Shown one piece after another: positions 23,150-36,143 of a stretch of 64,000 nucleotides of DNA (positions are counted from its first letter, which is position 1; every line of letters begins with the position of its first letter). A model generated the notes under the pieces. It was not told where the DNA came from. It did not search any database and saw only the letters and a list, made by a program, of their open reading frames with translations. Location: NCBI GenBank assembly GCA_903813345.2, contig CAIIXF020000001.1, forward strand, positions 11,904,001-11,968,000. The letters run 5' to 3'. Both the position numbers and the translations under genes were made by a program. The stretch is from Owenia fusiformis. Taxonomy: Eukaryota.

Positions 23150-25110
23150 GGTGACATTTAAGTTAATCAAAAGTACAAAAACATGGGAGCCATATTTTTT
23201 TGATAAAGTCAGAAGATTTTGAATTCTGTTTTCCTTGTATGTGAATCCATTTCCTGACTAAAGAGACACATAAAAGAAAACCTCACATTTAAACGCATTT
23301 TTCATAACTATGAATTAGAGGTGCATGGCTCCCCAAAGCTAGCATGAAGAGTGTGAAGTGAGGCCATTTTTTGAAAGTTTCAAGGAGTAGCCTTGCGAAA
23401 ATTCTATTAAGGTCCATGGTTCATATATATGGAATTCCCTCAATGAAGATATTAGAAATAAACCATTAAATTCACTCATATCTCGTTTGAAAATTGACCT
23501 CCTGAGTACAGAGTAACCAAAACATCTATTTCATTTCTTTATTGTCTCATATTATTGTATTTGTATAATGTATTTATATTATATTATTGTATTGACCTAT
23601 GTACCACTTTAAATGTTCACAGTTTATCATGTTTATTGTAAATTTAATTATGGGCAGTCATACACCCCCTGGGGTGTCATAGCCTGTATAATGTTGTAAT
23701 TTTTGTAATGAAAACTGAAATAAATTATTTTGAAATTGAAATTGAACAGTCACACATTTGCAAGAATTCAAAATTTCCATATATAATCTTACCTTACCAA
23801 GGAACAATGAAGGAGCATGAAAATGTGTACTTCTTGCATTGTTAGAGTATAATAAAGCTCAAACCATTGTGAATTCTAAATATTTCATGTCTACCATTTT
23901 GTTTCCTGGAACTATTTTTTAGTCCAGAGTTATCCTCATTCATGTATCCATTGTTTATCATTCATAAAGCCTCTATCATTTACTCACTTCGAGAGCCATG
24001 TTAGATTTTGAAACTTATGGCTCTCAAACGGAGAAGTGAACAGCTGATCAATAGTGACCTTTGAAACTGAATTAAGTCGATCCGCGGCTTACTTTTGGTC
24101 TCTAACTGTGTCTTACATCAGTATCATCAATCTGTGTAAGTATTGGAGCGCTGGAGTACTTCTTTTTCGATCAAGACTTGTAAATTGTTCATCGAGTTAA
24201 AGTTTTACAGACCTATTTCCAATATGGCGGTTTGCTAGGTGCGAGATACGCAACGAACGAAATGAATTTTGAGAATTAGTTAGGTTCGGACAACCTCCGG
24301 AGATTTACGAAAATGTCCGAGCAGAAACCGCCATATTGGAATTTGGCAGTAAAACGATTCACTCGACCTAACAATTACAAGTCTTGATCGAAAAAGAAGT
24401 ACTCCAGCGCTCCAATACTTACACGGATTGATGATACTGATGTAAGACACAGTTAGAGACCAAAAGTAAGCCGCGGATCGACTTAATTCGATTTCAAAGG
24501 TCACGATCACTGAGCTGTCCAAATGCTCCGTGGGAAAGCTATTATATCAAAATCCAAATAGCTTTCGCAGGAAGTAATCTATCATGTATCTATCATGATA
24601 ATTATACTGTAATAGATAAAATATACAAGTGATAATCCATGCCACTTGGTGTAGTATCAAAACTTGTATGAGGATTAATCAGGAAGTCTAGAAGTAGTTC
24701 CGGCAAACAAAATGGTGAACATGAAATATTTAGAATTTACAATGGTTTGAGCTTTATTATACTCTAACAATGCAAGAAGTGCATATTTTCATGCTCCTTT
24801 GTTGTTCCTGGGAAAGGTAAGATGATTTGTGGAAATTTTAGACTCTTGCAAATGTGTGACTGTTGCAAGGCTACTCCTTGAAACTTTCAAAAATTTGCCT
24901 CACTTCGCACTCTTCATGCTAGCTTTGGGGATCCATGCACCTCCAATTCATAGTTTGGAAAAATGCGTTTACGTGTGATGTTAACTTTGACGTGTTTCAT
25001 TAGTCAAGATATACAATTCATATACAAGGTAAACAGATTTTAAAAACATGTGTCTTTATCAAAAAAATATGGCAGTCATTTTTTGTACTTTTTATTTAAT
25101 TTAGCTTCGC
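23150..25110. mobile_element. ~2-kb foldback element, almost entirely palindromic, TTAA-flanked
   Basis: 23160-23394 pairs with ~24865-25100, 23747-23910 with ~24700-24864, and 24053-24232 with ~24325-24505; ~350-bp insertion in the left arm. Confidence 0.8.
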
Positions 25111-25208
25111 CTTAAGTGTAAGAAGCATAGAAAATTCTCCCATGTTGTAATCGTACAGGCAAAAGAATAAGACGTTCGCAGGACTATAGTCCTGGCACGG
25201 GATAACCC

Positions 25209-26057
25209 TAGTTCAACGTCGTTAAACTCAATAACGGCGTTCTTTAATATTAGGAATTTTCTTGGGGCCATTATTGAGTTTAACCTCCTTACTATTCTTT
25301 CCTATGATGCAAGTTCTGAATCCATCGAAACCATTTTTCCGCGATAACGTGCAACTGATACTTGACAGTAATATAAAAACACATAACATCAAGCGATTTA
25401 ACACAATATTCTTTTGTTAAATGTTCATTTATACGAGTAAAATGAGGCTACACTTACCAATCTCTAAAGTGACATTCCGCATGTCCGTCATTGTGTCTGT
25501 TCGTCTGAGTGTCCCGGATCGTAAAATTAAACTACCAGCGAAACGAAATTGTTGTCAAATAGATTGATAATTATTATCGCGATTACTCGGGATAAAAAGA
25601 TCAATTTTGAGGATAACAGGTATCTTTGATTAATTCATATAGCGCGTGTATACACGCAAAATAGTTATTAATCGCAAACCTACTGTTCGTTAATGCAGTG
25701 CCGTGATGACGGTTAAATCCTGAAACGATTTGCAATTTCGATGTTACCGAAACTGACCGACATTTTCGTCATTTTCAAACCTGTCTCCAATATTTTCGTA
25801 ATTATGCATCAATAGGGTCTAAGGGGGATACGGAACGGGGTGTATGTGTTTATAAGGTATGTATGCATGTTTGAATCACATTCTTTATGTAATATTGCCA
25901 TGTTTTCAGGGTTTAATTTGTTCCGCTTGTCGAAACCTGCTGAACGATTAAATTTACGCATCAAAGGCAAAATGGTCATGGAGGTTAGACCTAGCCGGGC
26001 CATAACACACGTCAGATAAGAAACGAGGCCCGGGCTAGGTCTAATGTTGTTGGACTA
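25209..26057. mobile_element. Non-autonomous DNA transposon with short TIRs and a 10-bp direct repeat
   Basis: tagttcaac / gttggacta termini flanked by gggataaccc (25199-25208, 26058-26067). Confidence 0.6.
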
Positions 26058-26398
26058 GGGATAACCCTAGACCACATCATCATCAGGCACTACGACATGC
26101 AGTATGAAAAAGTTATATGCGATCATCTTTTTAAATACCATATTCACTAGATCTATCTAAAATTGTCTATGCAGAGGTTGTTCAGTTGGCTTTAGACAGA
26201 TGTGTAAAATGTCGATTTAGTACCAAATGAAAACAACATGAATTTCAACCTGACGAAAAATCAAAAGAAAACAAAAAAAATTCACACTTTCATTCGTCAG
26301 TAAAGACTATGAAAGTTATTCTTGGTAATGATCACTGAATCATATCATTGCTTAAGTTACTATAGATGCATTATATGTAGATATTTAAGTAAACTTAC

Positions 26399-26480
26399 CA
26401 CTTTGGTGTTTAAAAGCGAAAATATTGGAATAATTTCACCAGACAAATCCCCGAAATAGATGACCTTGACCTACACGTGC
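26399..26480 (-). promoter_or_regulatory. Candidate GMPS non-coding first exon and promoter with E-box
   Basis: GMPS ATG exon has an acceptor 13 nt upstream (14024-14025), so an upstream UTR exon is expected. Consensus minus-strand donor TG|gtaagt at 26393-26400 outside recognisable repeats; CACGTG at 26474-26479. Confidence 0.45.
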
Positions 26481-26663
26481 TTTTCTGCGGTGAGAGTTTC
26501 GTACTTTTTTATTTTGTAATAAGATCATAAATTTAGGTTATTCTAATATTTATTGAAAAGATTTAATTTTGTTATATAAAATTATTATTTTTTTTGTCGC
26601 TGATGCATTTGTAATAGTGGAAAAATTAATAATAGTGAATACATAAAGCTACATTCGTAGCAC

Positions 26664-26678
26664 CGTTGCTTGGCAACG
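26664..26678. promoter_or_regulatory. RFX X-box motif upstream of the uncharacterised + strand gene
   Basis: CGTTGCTTGGCAACG palindrome resembling the 13-bp X-box, ~140 bp before an AAG|gtatgt donor at 26816 (likely 5' UTR exon). Confidence 0.7.
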
Positions 26679-27425
26679 ACTCAAGCTAGAATTTTGTGTT
26701 TGCAGACTCTATTTTATCACTGCTGTTTTCACAACAAAATAACACGTTACACGCGACTCACGAATTTATTGTGTATAAAAACTATTGGAATAATACGCAC
26801 AATATACTTTGAAAGGTATGTGAACTACATGAAGTCTCAGAGTTCCATCAGTTTTGATGAATTATGGTCCAGATAAAATTTAAAATGAATGAATCAATGA
26901 TGATAGGCTAGGCTAATTGATCATTCATACATTATACAATTGATGAAACTGAGTGTGACTGTGAATTACTAACTTACTATATTTGCACATTGCCATCTTT
27001 TAGATAGATCTCTCTCAGCAGATAGCTTTGTGCAAACTAAGACTAAGTAAACTGTGAGATAGCCTAGGCCTAGTAGTTACTCAGTTAGGCCTGACACTGA
27101 CAGTACACAGTAGGTACACAATGACAGTGAAACTGCAGAGTGAGATTTCATCGTGATAATTAGCCTAGATGTGTTGAAGATATTTTTGAGAATAGACATG
27201 GGCATTCAATAGAGCCCATGGAATAGAGTAGGCCTACAGGGAAGCAATGTATTGTAGGTAATTGAAGTTCAGTACTGAGACTGAGAGTGAGACAGCCTTT
27301 GAAAAATATAGTCTACTCAGTCTTACATTGTCTTCTTTCAAGGCCCTACACTGTATTCCATATAGAAGACAGTGAATTCTATAAATCTATTTTCAATTCT
27401 TTTCAATTCTTTATTTCAGTAAACA

Positions 27426-30412
27426 ATGACAGACAACTCCAGCATGGACGTGATTACTCAGCGTCCAAGGACTCCAAATGACCAGTACACAGTTCTCACA
27501 AAGCAACAAATAAAGAACATATCAAAAACTGCTGTAAGTATCATCTGAAAATTATTCTTCATTGATAGGCCTACAATGCAGTTGAATCATGGAATTCATT
27601 GTAATTCATTTAATATTTCTCAATAGCCTGATGAATTATCCTGCAAAAATTGGGCTTTAAGATATATGTTGATCTACAGTACATTAGATAATTATGCAGT
27701 TTACTTATTATGTCAACATCACAAGTGGCGGCATATTGTTCTAGTCTCCAAATTTTTGGGGGCAGCGGTTGGTGTTTGTCATCTATGAGTGTCTGTAACA
27801 TTGCATCTGTAACAAATGGCAAGTGCTGACATTTTGCATGTTAATGCCTTGTTCATTAATATTATTGATATGCGGTAGGTGTGTACACAAATACACAATA
27901 TTTTTTTAATATACAATTAAAAATGTACTTATTGCTTTCAGTTAACCCTGTCATTGCAAACGGAGTTTGTCATCTGCCCCAGAATAGATCATACATTGAA
28001 ATACATGAAAGTCTTGCTACCATTAAACATAATTAATTTGATCAATCTTATAGGAAGCATCCCCCCACTTCCACATCACAAAGCCTAAAGTATTTGATGA
28101 CAGGCGAAAATATATGGACAGACATGCGACGTGTACCAATCAATATCATCTAAGAGGAAAACCAATGTCTCAGCCCTATGACTGGATAGATTTCCAGTGG
28201 AGTCGATATCCAGCTGAAAAGTATGACACATGTAGAGATGGAGCAAGTTTCAGATGGGGCCCTTCAAAAACAGGTAGAATATATTTATCTGTATTTCATG
28301 TATTTTGAGTTCTAACAAACCCAAAGAGGTATATAGGCATATGTTTTTATGATAATATGTTGAAAAGATTGCAATGAACAGAATAATATAGGTAATATAG
28401 GCTTGCTTCAAGTCTCTGGACCCCCCCCCCCCTGCTTATCTATTTCACCACTAGATGGTAGGTGACTATAGTGGAAGAGGGGTCACTAGGGCTTGCAGCT
28501 AGACTATAAATTACAGTAGAAAAAAGTTCTCAGATTAACACAGTCTACAAGTTTTAGCAGTAGTCCTTTCCCCTCAATGTATATTTTGATGGAAACAGTT
28601 GTGGCAGTGTTCTCCACAGGATTTTTTCTCAAGTGGGTGCAAAATTCTCATTTTCACAATTTGGACCAAAATTGGTCAAAATATGCCCATTTTTCATAAT
28701 TTTCTCATTTTCAAGTGGGTGCAAATGGATTTTCAGGTGGGTGCAAGCCTGTTTTTAAAATCTCAGGTGGGTGCTGCACCCACTTGCTTTAATGCCTGGG
28801 AGATCACCGTGTGGCCTTATCGAAATGTGTTTAGTAGTGGTGTCAATTAACCGCTTGAGCATTAACCGGTTAACCGGGGGTTTTTACCGGTTAAAGTCGG
28901 TTAACCGGCGGGAAATTTGAACTTATAATTTCAAATGAAATCTTCATCTTCGATCTTGAAAGTTGAAAAATTGGAAAAAATGATATATCGGCGTTTATTT
29001 TTTACGTTCGTCAAGCTTTACGCTATTCTATGTAAGTAAGCGCGGGAAAGCAATGTGGCAGGGATTAAAGTTGCTGATTGGATGTTTGTAAGGAATTATC
29101 GGACCTATCACATGTATGAGTAGCTCACATGAAACTGACGCTTGAAAACAAACAGATTAAAATGCAAAGTAAGCGCGGGAAAGCAATGTGGCAGGGATTA
29201 AAGTTGCTAATTGGATGTTTGTAAGGAGTTATGGGACTTATGACATGTATGAGTAGCTTACGTGAAACTGACACCATAAAACCAAACGGATTAGCATGCA
29301 AAATAAGCGCGGGAAATAACAGAATTATACACGGTCAACTAACCGCCCATAAAAACTCAGACCGGTCAAGGCATTATCGGCGGTTAACCGGTTAACCGGT
29401 TAATATTTGACACCTCTAGTGTTTAGGGTGTATGACGCATTTATCAGATCTAAAATGTTGAGTTTACCTAATCATATTCCATACTTTCAGGTGAAAGAAC
29501 ACTGAGTCACTATCAAGGTGAAACAATAGACAGATATACAACAATAGATATGTACAGAAGACCTGCCACTAACAACCTCAGCCAATGTGTCATGTCCTAT
29601 GGTAGGCCCAGCTATGGCTATTACACCCAGAGATACCCATGTAAGTCAGCAGTCAGTTGAAAAATTTAGTGTGACATTAATTGTGTTGTTTAATTTTAAA
29701 ATAGGATACTAGAATTCCCAGTCTGCTTTTTGATTCAAAACAGGATCAACTTGTATTCTTTAGGTCTATTTATCAATATGGCCAACATGTTTGTGACTGA
29801 TATTTACTGATAAAATGTTATTATTTTACAGCCAAATCAACATGGTTTGGAGCTTCAACTCCCTTAAACCAAACTAATGTCCTACAAACAGTGCCACAAA
29901 AGACGAAGGAAGAATATGACAATATTAATTATGCCCAACAATGTGCCAGTAAATCCAGAGATGGAAAGTGGCCAGACTATTCAGAATACACAGACAAACT
30001 CTTACTAAGATCAAAAACAGAACCTAGAATAAACAAGTGAGTACATGTCCTACAGAATATTGTAGTTGTTTTTATTTTAGTGAGATCTCGTACCAGTCCT
30101 GGGGTCTTGCCATATACATTCCTTTTTGTTGATCAAAAAATTGATCAAACGACTTCATGGTTTTATACTGTAATGTACTGTACATAATATTGCTTCAATT
30201 CAGGAAAAAAATCTAGGAAAAACCAACAACAAAATAGCTGAATCAGCTGCAATGGTTTTAGGAATTTAAATATTTCAAATCATTGTTTAAAGAATTAAGA
30301 AACTTAGTTTGCTTGTACCAATTTAACAAATTATGCAATTTCTTTTATATCATGTATTTTCAGTTTGGAACAAAAGAAAAGGTATGTCCAACTAGCAGAA
30401 ATATGTGTGTGA
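27426..30412 (+). CDS. Uncharacterised ~243-aa protein, possibly ciliary/axonemal
   Basis: Five GT-AG, phase-consistent, stop-free exons: 27426-27533, 28054-28273, 29491-29640, 29832-30036, 30364-30412 (732 nt). MTDNSSMDVITQRPRTPND...YDWIDFQWSRYP...SYGRPSYGYYTQRYPSKSTWFG...KWPDYSEYTDK...AEICV*. Family not recognised. Confidence 0.8.
28835..29418. mobile_element. hAT-type MITE, internally deleted reverse copy of 7261-8279
   Basis: tagtggtgtcaa / ttgacacctcta TIRs; 8-bp TSD gtgtttag (28827-28834, 29419-29426). Confidence 0.9.
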
Positions 30413-31741
30413 CACTCAAAGTAATGGAACAATGTGACAGACATACCTACTTAACAGAAGTGAATATGTATGTCTCGATATGGAATCAGTTATTAATATC
30501 ACATGCAATATACAATACAAAACATGAAAAATGGAGATTTAGACTTTACTACAAATATAACGATATGAGTAGAAATATACTTTATTTCTAGCCAGAATCC
30601 ATTATTGTCTGTAGGTGACCGAATCACATTTCTGAAATGCAAATTCTTCGTTGATTCTGCAGTAACGGGAAAAACGAAATACTCTAATGTGTGTGTATGA
30701 TACATGTGCCATGTGATATATTTTGAAGTACAGCACAGAAGGAAGTGTGGTATTTCAATTAATATGAGATTTTCATAATCTTGACTTAAGATATCAGTGC
30801 TGGACACTGGATAGTGGATATTAAGTCTATTGACCATCAAGTCATGGAAAACTATAAAACATTGACAAAATGGTGGCATTTTGAGTTGTGTATCATATTT
30901 TATTAATTTTTATGTCACCACCAGAAGTGGTGACATACTGTTATAGTCTCCAACTTTTTTGTTGATAGTGTTTGGTGTTCAGTGGTCGGTGTCTGTAACA
31001 AATGGCAGGTGGTGACATTTTGCATGTTTATGCCATTTTATGATACATATTGTGAGATTACTTTGCTTTGCAATATACAGCATCATTTTATACAATTTCT
31101 GTTTTTTGAATAGCATTTTCATCATTTTTGTACATTCCTTGTACCTATTTTTAGTCATGAAGAGTTATTCGTAAATTGTAAATGATGAACTGGGTTTTAA
31201 AAAAGAATGCACTAAACAGAATTACAAAAGACTCAGAGTTTACATGCAAATATGCATTATTTATATAACATTATCATACACTTATTTTTTACCAATAAAC
31301 TAGCATAAAAATATCATATATAATTTTCTTATTCTTTTATGCAAGATGAGTAAAATAAAGACATTTTATATCACCCCCATTTTTAGACTTCAAAAGAAAG
31401 GAAATACATGTACAGTGAAATCAGTCAAATTCGAACGCCAAAGGGAAGACCAGCCAAAGGTGTTTGATTTAGCAGATGTTCACATTTCAAGGTTATCAAA
31501 TATATGAGCTATGGGAGATCACAAAGGGACCTAGAAAAGTGTTCACATTAAAAAGTGTTCCGGATATACAGGTTTTTGAAATTGAAATCACGTTGCACTC
31601 ATTGTCATGCCTTTTTGGGAATAACTCATTTTAGGTATTGTACTTGAACCGTTATTTAATGGTTTTGTGAAATTGTTGGGTCAAATTAATTTTGAATAGG
31701 TCAGACTCTTGAAGATAACATAAATGTTATAAATATTACGA

Positions 31742-34700
31742 TCAGTTTGACTGGCCATAAGCTTTTTTAAATTGCATATCCAAATAATCCAGTGCATTGA
31801 TTGGTTCATATTTATTTGACCCATCTAGACTCTTCACTATGGTGCTATTATCTGGTTGTATAAAGAATGCCATTGATTTGCGGGCGCATCTCCTTAGCTT
31901 TTCATCAGTAGGAACCACTACTCTATGTCTCTGGAAATACAAGTAGACAGTGTATTATGCATGCATTCTGTAACAGGTATTAAAACTGATACAATGCGTA
32001 ACAAAGGGTTTCAGAATTATACGTTAGTGGTATAGTTTTATAGCTACGGTATTCATCCATTTGTGAAGGAATTTCAAAAGTGATTTTAAAAGCATGAAAT
32101 ATAATGTGAGATCATCCCTTCCTAATATAAGTCTATAATGTAAATACTGACAATTATATAGATTGCATGAACAAGTATTTTAATTAATCGTCAAAAGCTA
32201 TGAATCTGTAGCATATTCATTAGCAAACTAATCAACAGAGTAAAGCATGAGAGTTCAGAAGAATACCTAGCTATCCTTCATAATACATTACCCCATTACT
32301 CATCACAAATTCCCCCTTATATTATACCATTGCATGTGAGGCATGTGTACCATCCCCACTATGTACATATCCCCACTATCCATCCCCACTAGGTAGAACC
32401 TCACATTTGAAAGTAGAGTATCAGAAGTCCACCTCTGCATCATATCACCAATGTTCACCAAGACTGTATCAACAACAGGAGTAGCAGAAACAAATGTCCC
32501 ATCCCTAGATGCAACCTGCAAAACAATACAGAAAGCAGAAACAAATGTCCCATCCCTAGATGCAACCTGCAAAACAATACAGTAAAGCAGAAACAAATGT
32601 CCCATCCCTAGATGCAACCTACAAAACAATACAGTAAAGCAGAAACAAATGTCCCATCCCTAGATGCAACCTGCAAAACAATACAGAAAAGCAGAAACAA
32701 ATGTCCCATCCCTAGATGCAACCTGCAAAACAATACAGTAAAGCAGAAACAAATGTCCCATCCCTAGATGCAACCTGCAAAACAATACAGAAAAGCAGAA
32801 ACAAATGTCCCATCCCTAGATGCAACCTACAAAACAATACAGTAAAGCAGAAACAAATGTCCCATCCCTAGATGCAACCTGCAAAACAATACAGAAAAGC
32901 AGAAACAAATGTCCCATCCCTAGATGCAACCTGCAAAACAATACAGTAAAGCAGAAACAAATGTCCCATCCCTAGATGCAACCTGCAAAACAATACAGAA
33001 AAGCAGAAACAAATGTCCCATCCCTAGATGCAACCTGCAAAACAATACAGTAAAGCAGAAACAAATGTCCCATCCCTAGATGCAACCTGCAAAACAATAC
33101 AGTAAAGCAGAAACAAATGTCCCATCCCTAGATGCAACCTGCAAAACAATACAGAAAGGCAGAAACAAATGTCCCATCCCTAGATGCAACCTGCAAAACA
33201 ATACAGAAAGGCAGAAACAAATGTCCCATCCCTAGATGCAACCTGCAAAACAATACAGTAAAGCAGAAACAAAAATTTGGGTTTCAAGTAATTATTGTCG
33301 TAAAAGTACAAGGAATTCCTTTTTGTTTTTTCTTCTTGGAAACCTTGAAGAAACTAAAAATGTAGTATATGAACAATGTATTACAGCAACATATCAATAT
33401 GCATTTTAAAAATCCTACTATTTCACGATCACGAGGGTCTCAAAAATTGAGTAATTTTTCACAAAGATTTTACTCTGAGCAAATGGAAAAAGGATAAATC
33501 ATTTTATATCTACATACATTAGAACATGTCTAATGTGAACACCACTGGGACTGACAAAAAGTGTTTCTGGTATTAAATCAGGTGTTCACACTTCAAGGTT
33601 TCTAAACAAATGTATGTGAGCAATGGGAGAAAACAAAATTGGAGCCAAAAAAGTGTTCACATTGAGTGGTTTTCGAATTATAGGGATAGGGGGCCCGAGG
33701 GGGGGTTGCTGTTTAGATATACAGGTTTCACTGTACCTCTAATCCTCCTATATCATCTTGAATTAGAAGTGTTATAGACCCATAGTCTGAATGCTCCCCC
33801 AATCTTAACTGGCCTGCTTCGATTTCTACAAATTCAAGAACATGCATTTGCATCCATTTGTTTCAGCTCAATAAAATCACTGACAAGTGGCTACAAGATA
33901 TAGTATTAGTTTGACCTGTGAAATTAACACTTAGACTGAAAGTACTTGTCCGTAACATGAATCACAGAAGTCTCCAAATCTATTTTGAAGCTGTTATACA
34001 TTTACCTTTATCATCTGGAACTGGGGGATAGTTTAGGAACCTAATACAGCTTGTGTTTTCTAGTGAACCAATTTTCGAATGATATTGGTCAAAATAGTTT
34101 CTTTCCTGAAATAAAAGAAACATTTTCAATATGTATATTCACAATTAATTACTTCTTAAATATTCACAGACAGATATGTTATTTGAATAAACACCAAAAC
34201 TTAAAACACCAAAACTTTAAAATCCTGTTACCCATTAATCTGTTAATGTAAAATGAATCTCAATTAGAGGAACATCTCTCAAAATGGATCAATTTGTACA
34301 TACCATTTTCATTCCCAATGCCATTATCTGAAGGACTCGTTTTCCCAATTTTTCACAACTTCTGAAAAGTGTCTCAAAATCACTGTAGAAATTAGGTAAT
34401 TCTTCCTTTGGTATAATCTGAAAATACAAGACTGTCTATAAAACAACGAGTTAAAAAGTTGTCATTATTTTCTATCAATTTCCTTCATGAAATTTTGAAA
34501 AATCCAAAAAATGGTAAATTAAATTGTCACAATAATTTATTAATTGGCCATAATATGAATAAATGCCAAAAGTCCCATCAGTTCAAAATGATAGTTGATA
34601 AATGACTGTACGAGGATTGACATTCAAAATTACCCCAGAGTATTATATTACTTTCCGACTTTATTTGGGACTTTTTGCAAATATTCACCTATCGTCCAAA

Positions 34701-35670
34701 TGATGTGAATATCGCAGCATTGTATTGGAAATTGATTTTTTCAATGATTTACTGTAAAAGTATAGAGTAAGGATATTGGAAATTTGTAGTACTCAAAGTG
34801 CGTCGTTTTATAACTCACCCTGTAACTCTTTCCGTAACGATCATTTCCCTATAGATACTTTTAACCAACCTCTTGTTTTAAAAAACATGCTTGGGGGATT
34901 TTTATTGATAAAACTGAAATAATTTAATTTAAAAGGGTTCAATTTACCTTTGGTGTTGTCCCATCATAAGGTATGAAGCTATATGTTTCTTTCAGATCTC
35001 CTGGTTGAGATGGGTTCAATCTAAATTAATTATAAACAAAATAACTTTAATGACCTAATAAAAAATATTGGAAATATATGGCTGAGAAAATCAAATTAAT
35101 TAATCTTTGGATGGACACCCAGGTATGTTCTTGATAAAAAAAAATATAGAAACAAAATTGAACTTACCGTTCGCCTTCCATAGGGGCATAGCCATAGTAC
35201 TCTCCTTTTGGAATGGCATATCGCATTTTGACTTCTTCAGGTAGGTCGAAGAATTTCTGGGATACATTGTATACATCACTTATCTAAAAAGGAATACTAG
35301 TAGTAAAAATAGATCTTGGATTTTATTCTTTTAAATAGCACTACGTTCTGAAGTAATAAAAAGACAACGTTTGTCGCTGAAATATTTGTTATAGGCAAAA
35401 TGGAATTAATTATTGGCAGTCCGGAGTCCCTCCCCCGTCCCTCTCATGGCTGCCTCCCTGGGGCTGCCCACAGTACATCTATCATAAGCTTGGCTTGATC
35501 ATTAGCACCAAAATCCATACTTGTGTCTTAGGAAGTCCATGTCCTTTCAAGTAGACAAACCCTACTGTCGTGAACGCTTTGTAGACGCTATCTGCAAGTT
35601 GCTGGAGTTCATCATCACCCACCGTATTCACATTTAGTCCATATGCAGAAAAGTCAACAATTGGGATCAT
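31742..35670 (-). CDS. 2-oxoglutarate/Fe(II)-dependent dioxygenase (DIOX_N + 2OG-FeII_Oxy, IPNS-like), ~313 aa
   Basis: Exons 35521-35670, 35168-35283, 34948-35020, 34304-34417, 34006-34105, 33737-33825, 32405-32515, 31742-31930 (942 nt). Motifs IPIVDFS, GFVYLKGHG, FFDLP, GDLKE, RFLNYPP, GEHSDYGSITLL (HxD), VNIGDMMQRWT, HRV, RKSMAFF (RxS). Confidence 0.93.
32484..33271 (-). repeat. 51/52-bp tandem array (~15 copies) of the exon 7 splice acceptor plus exon start
   Basis: Unit on the transcript strand: tttactgtattgttttgcag|GTTGCATCTAGGGATGGGACATTTGTTTCTGC; the last copy runs into the real exon. Confidence 0.95.
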
Positions 35671-36143
35671 TTTTACAAGAGTTCAAAAACACAGAAGGTA
35701 CATACGCGTAGACCTTTGTACTTATACTTTGTGTCAACGTTTGAACTGCACCAAGCGACTGAATAGTATTACCTACATACGAGGTCTGGAAATTCATTAG
35801 CCTGAGAAAGGGATACGTTTTTATTGAGAAAACCAAATTATTGTTTTATGTTGTATCGGTTAGATTATCGTCAATCATATATTTGAGGTGATCCTTTTTC
35901 AACAACAAACACAATGTCAAAATAACCCACCAATACTTCATTTCATTACAGCATACTAGACCTCAGATCTACCTACTTATTGTGTTTGTATAACGAGACT
36001 AGCATTGATAACAAAGTAAACACAGGCCCTCTGAAACACAGACACGGGAACAAGAGTTCATCCCCCTCCCATTCACTCTGTATTACTTAGAAAAAGACTG
36101 TATTTTTTACATTAGCGATACAGTGACTAGGGGGGGGGGGGGT

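Noticed and set aside
25451-25520. Minus-strand donor (G|gtaagtg) as the GMPS first exon
   Set aside because: Lies inside the element bounded by TIRs and direct repeats at 25209-26057, so less likely than the 26399 candidate, though not excluded.
27942-28087. Alternative upstream acceptor for the second coding exon of the unknown gene
   Set aside because: Leads to an in-frame stop; the 28054 acceptor keeps the frame open.
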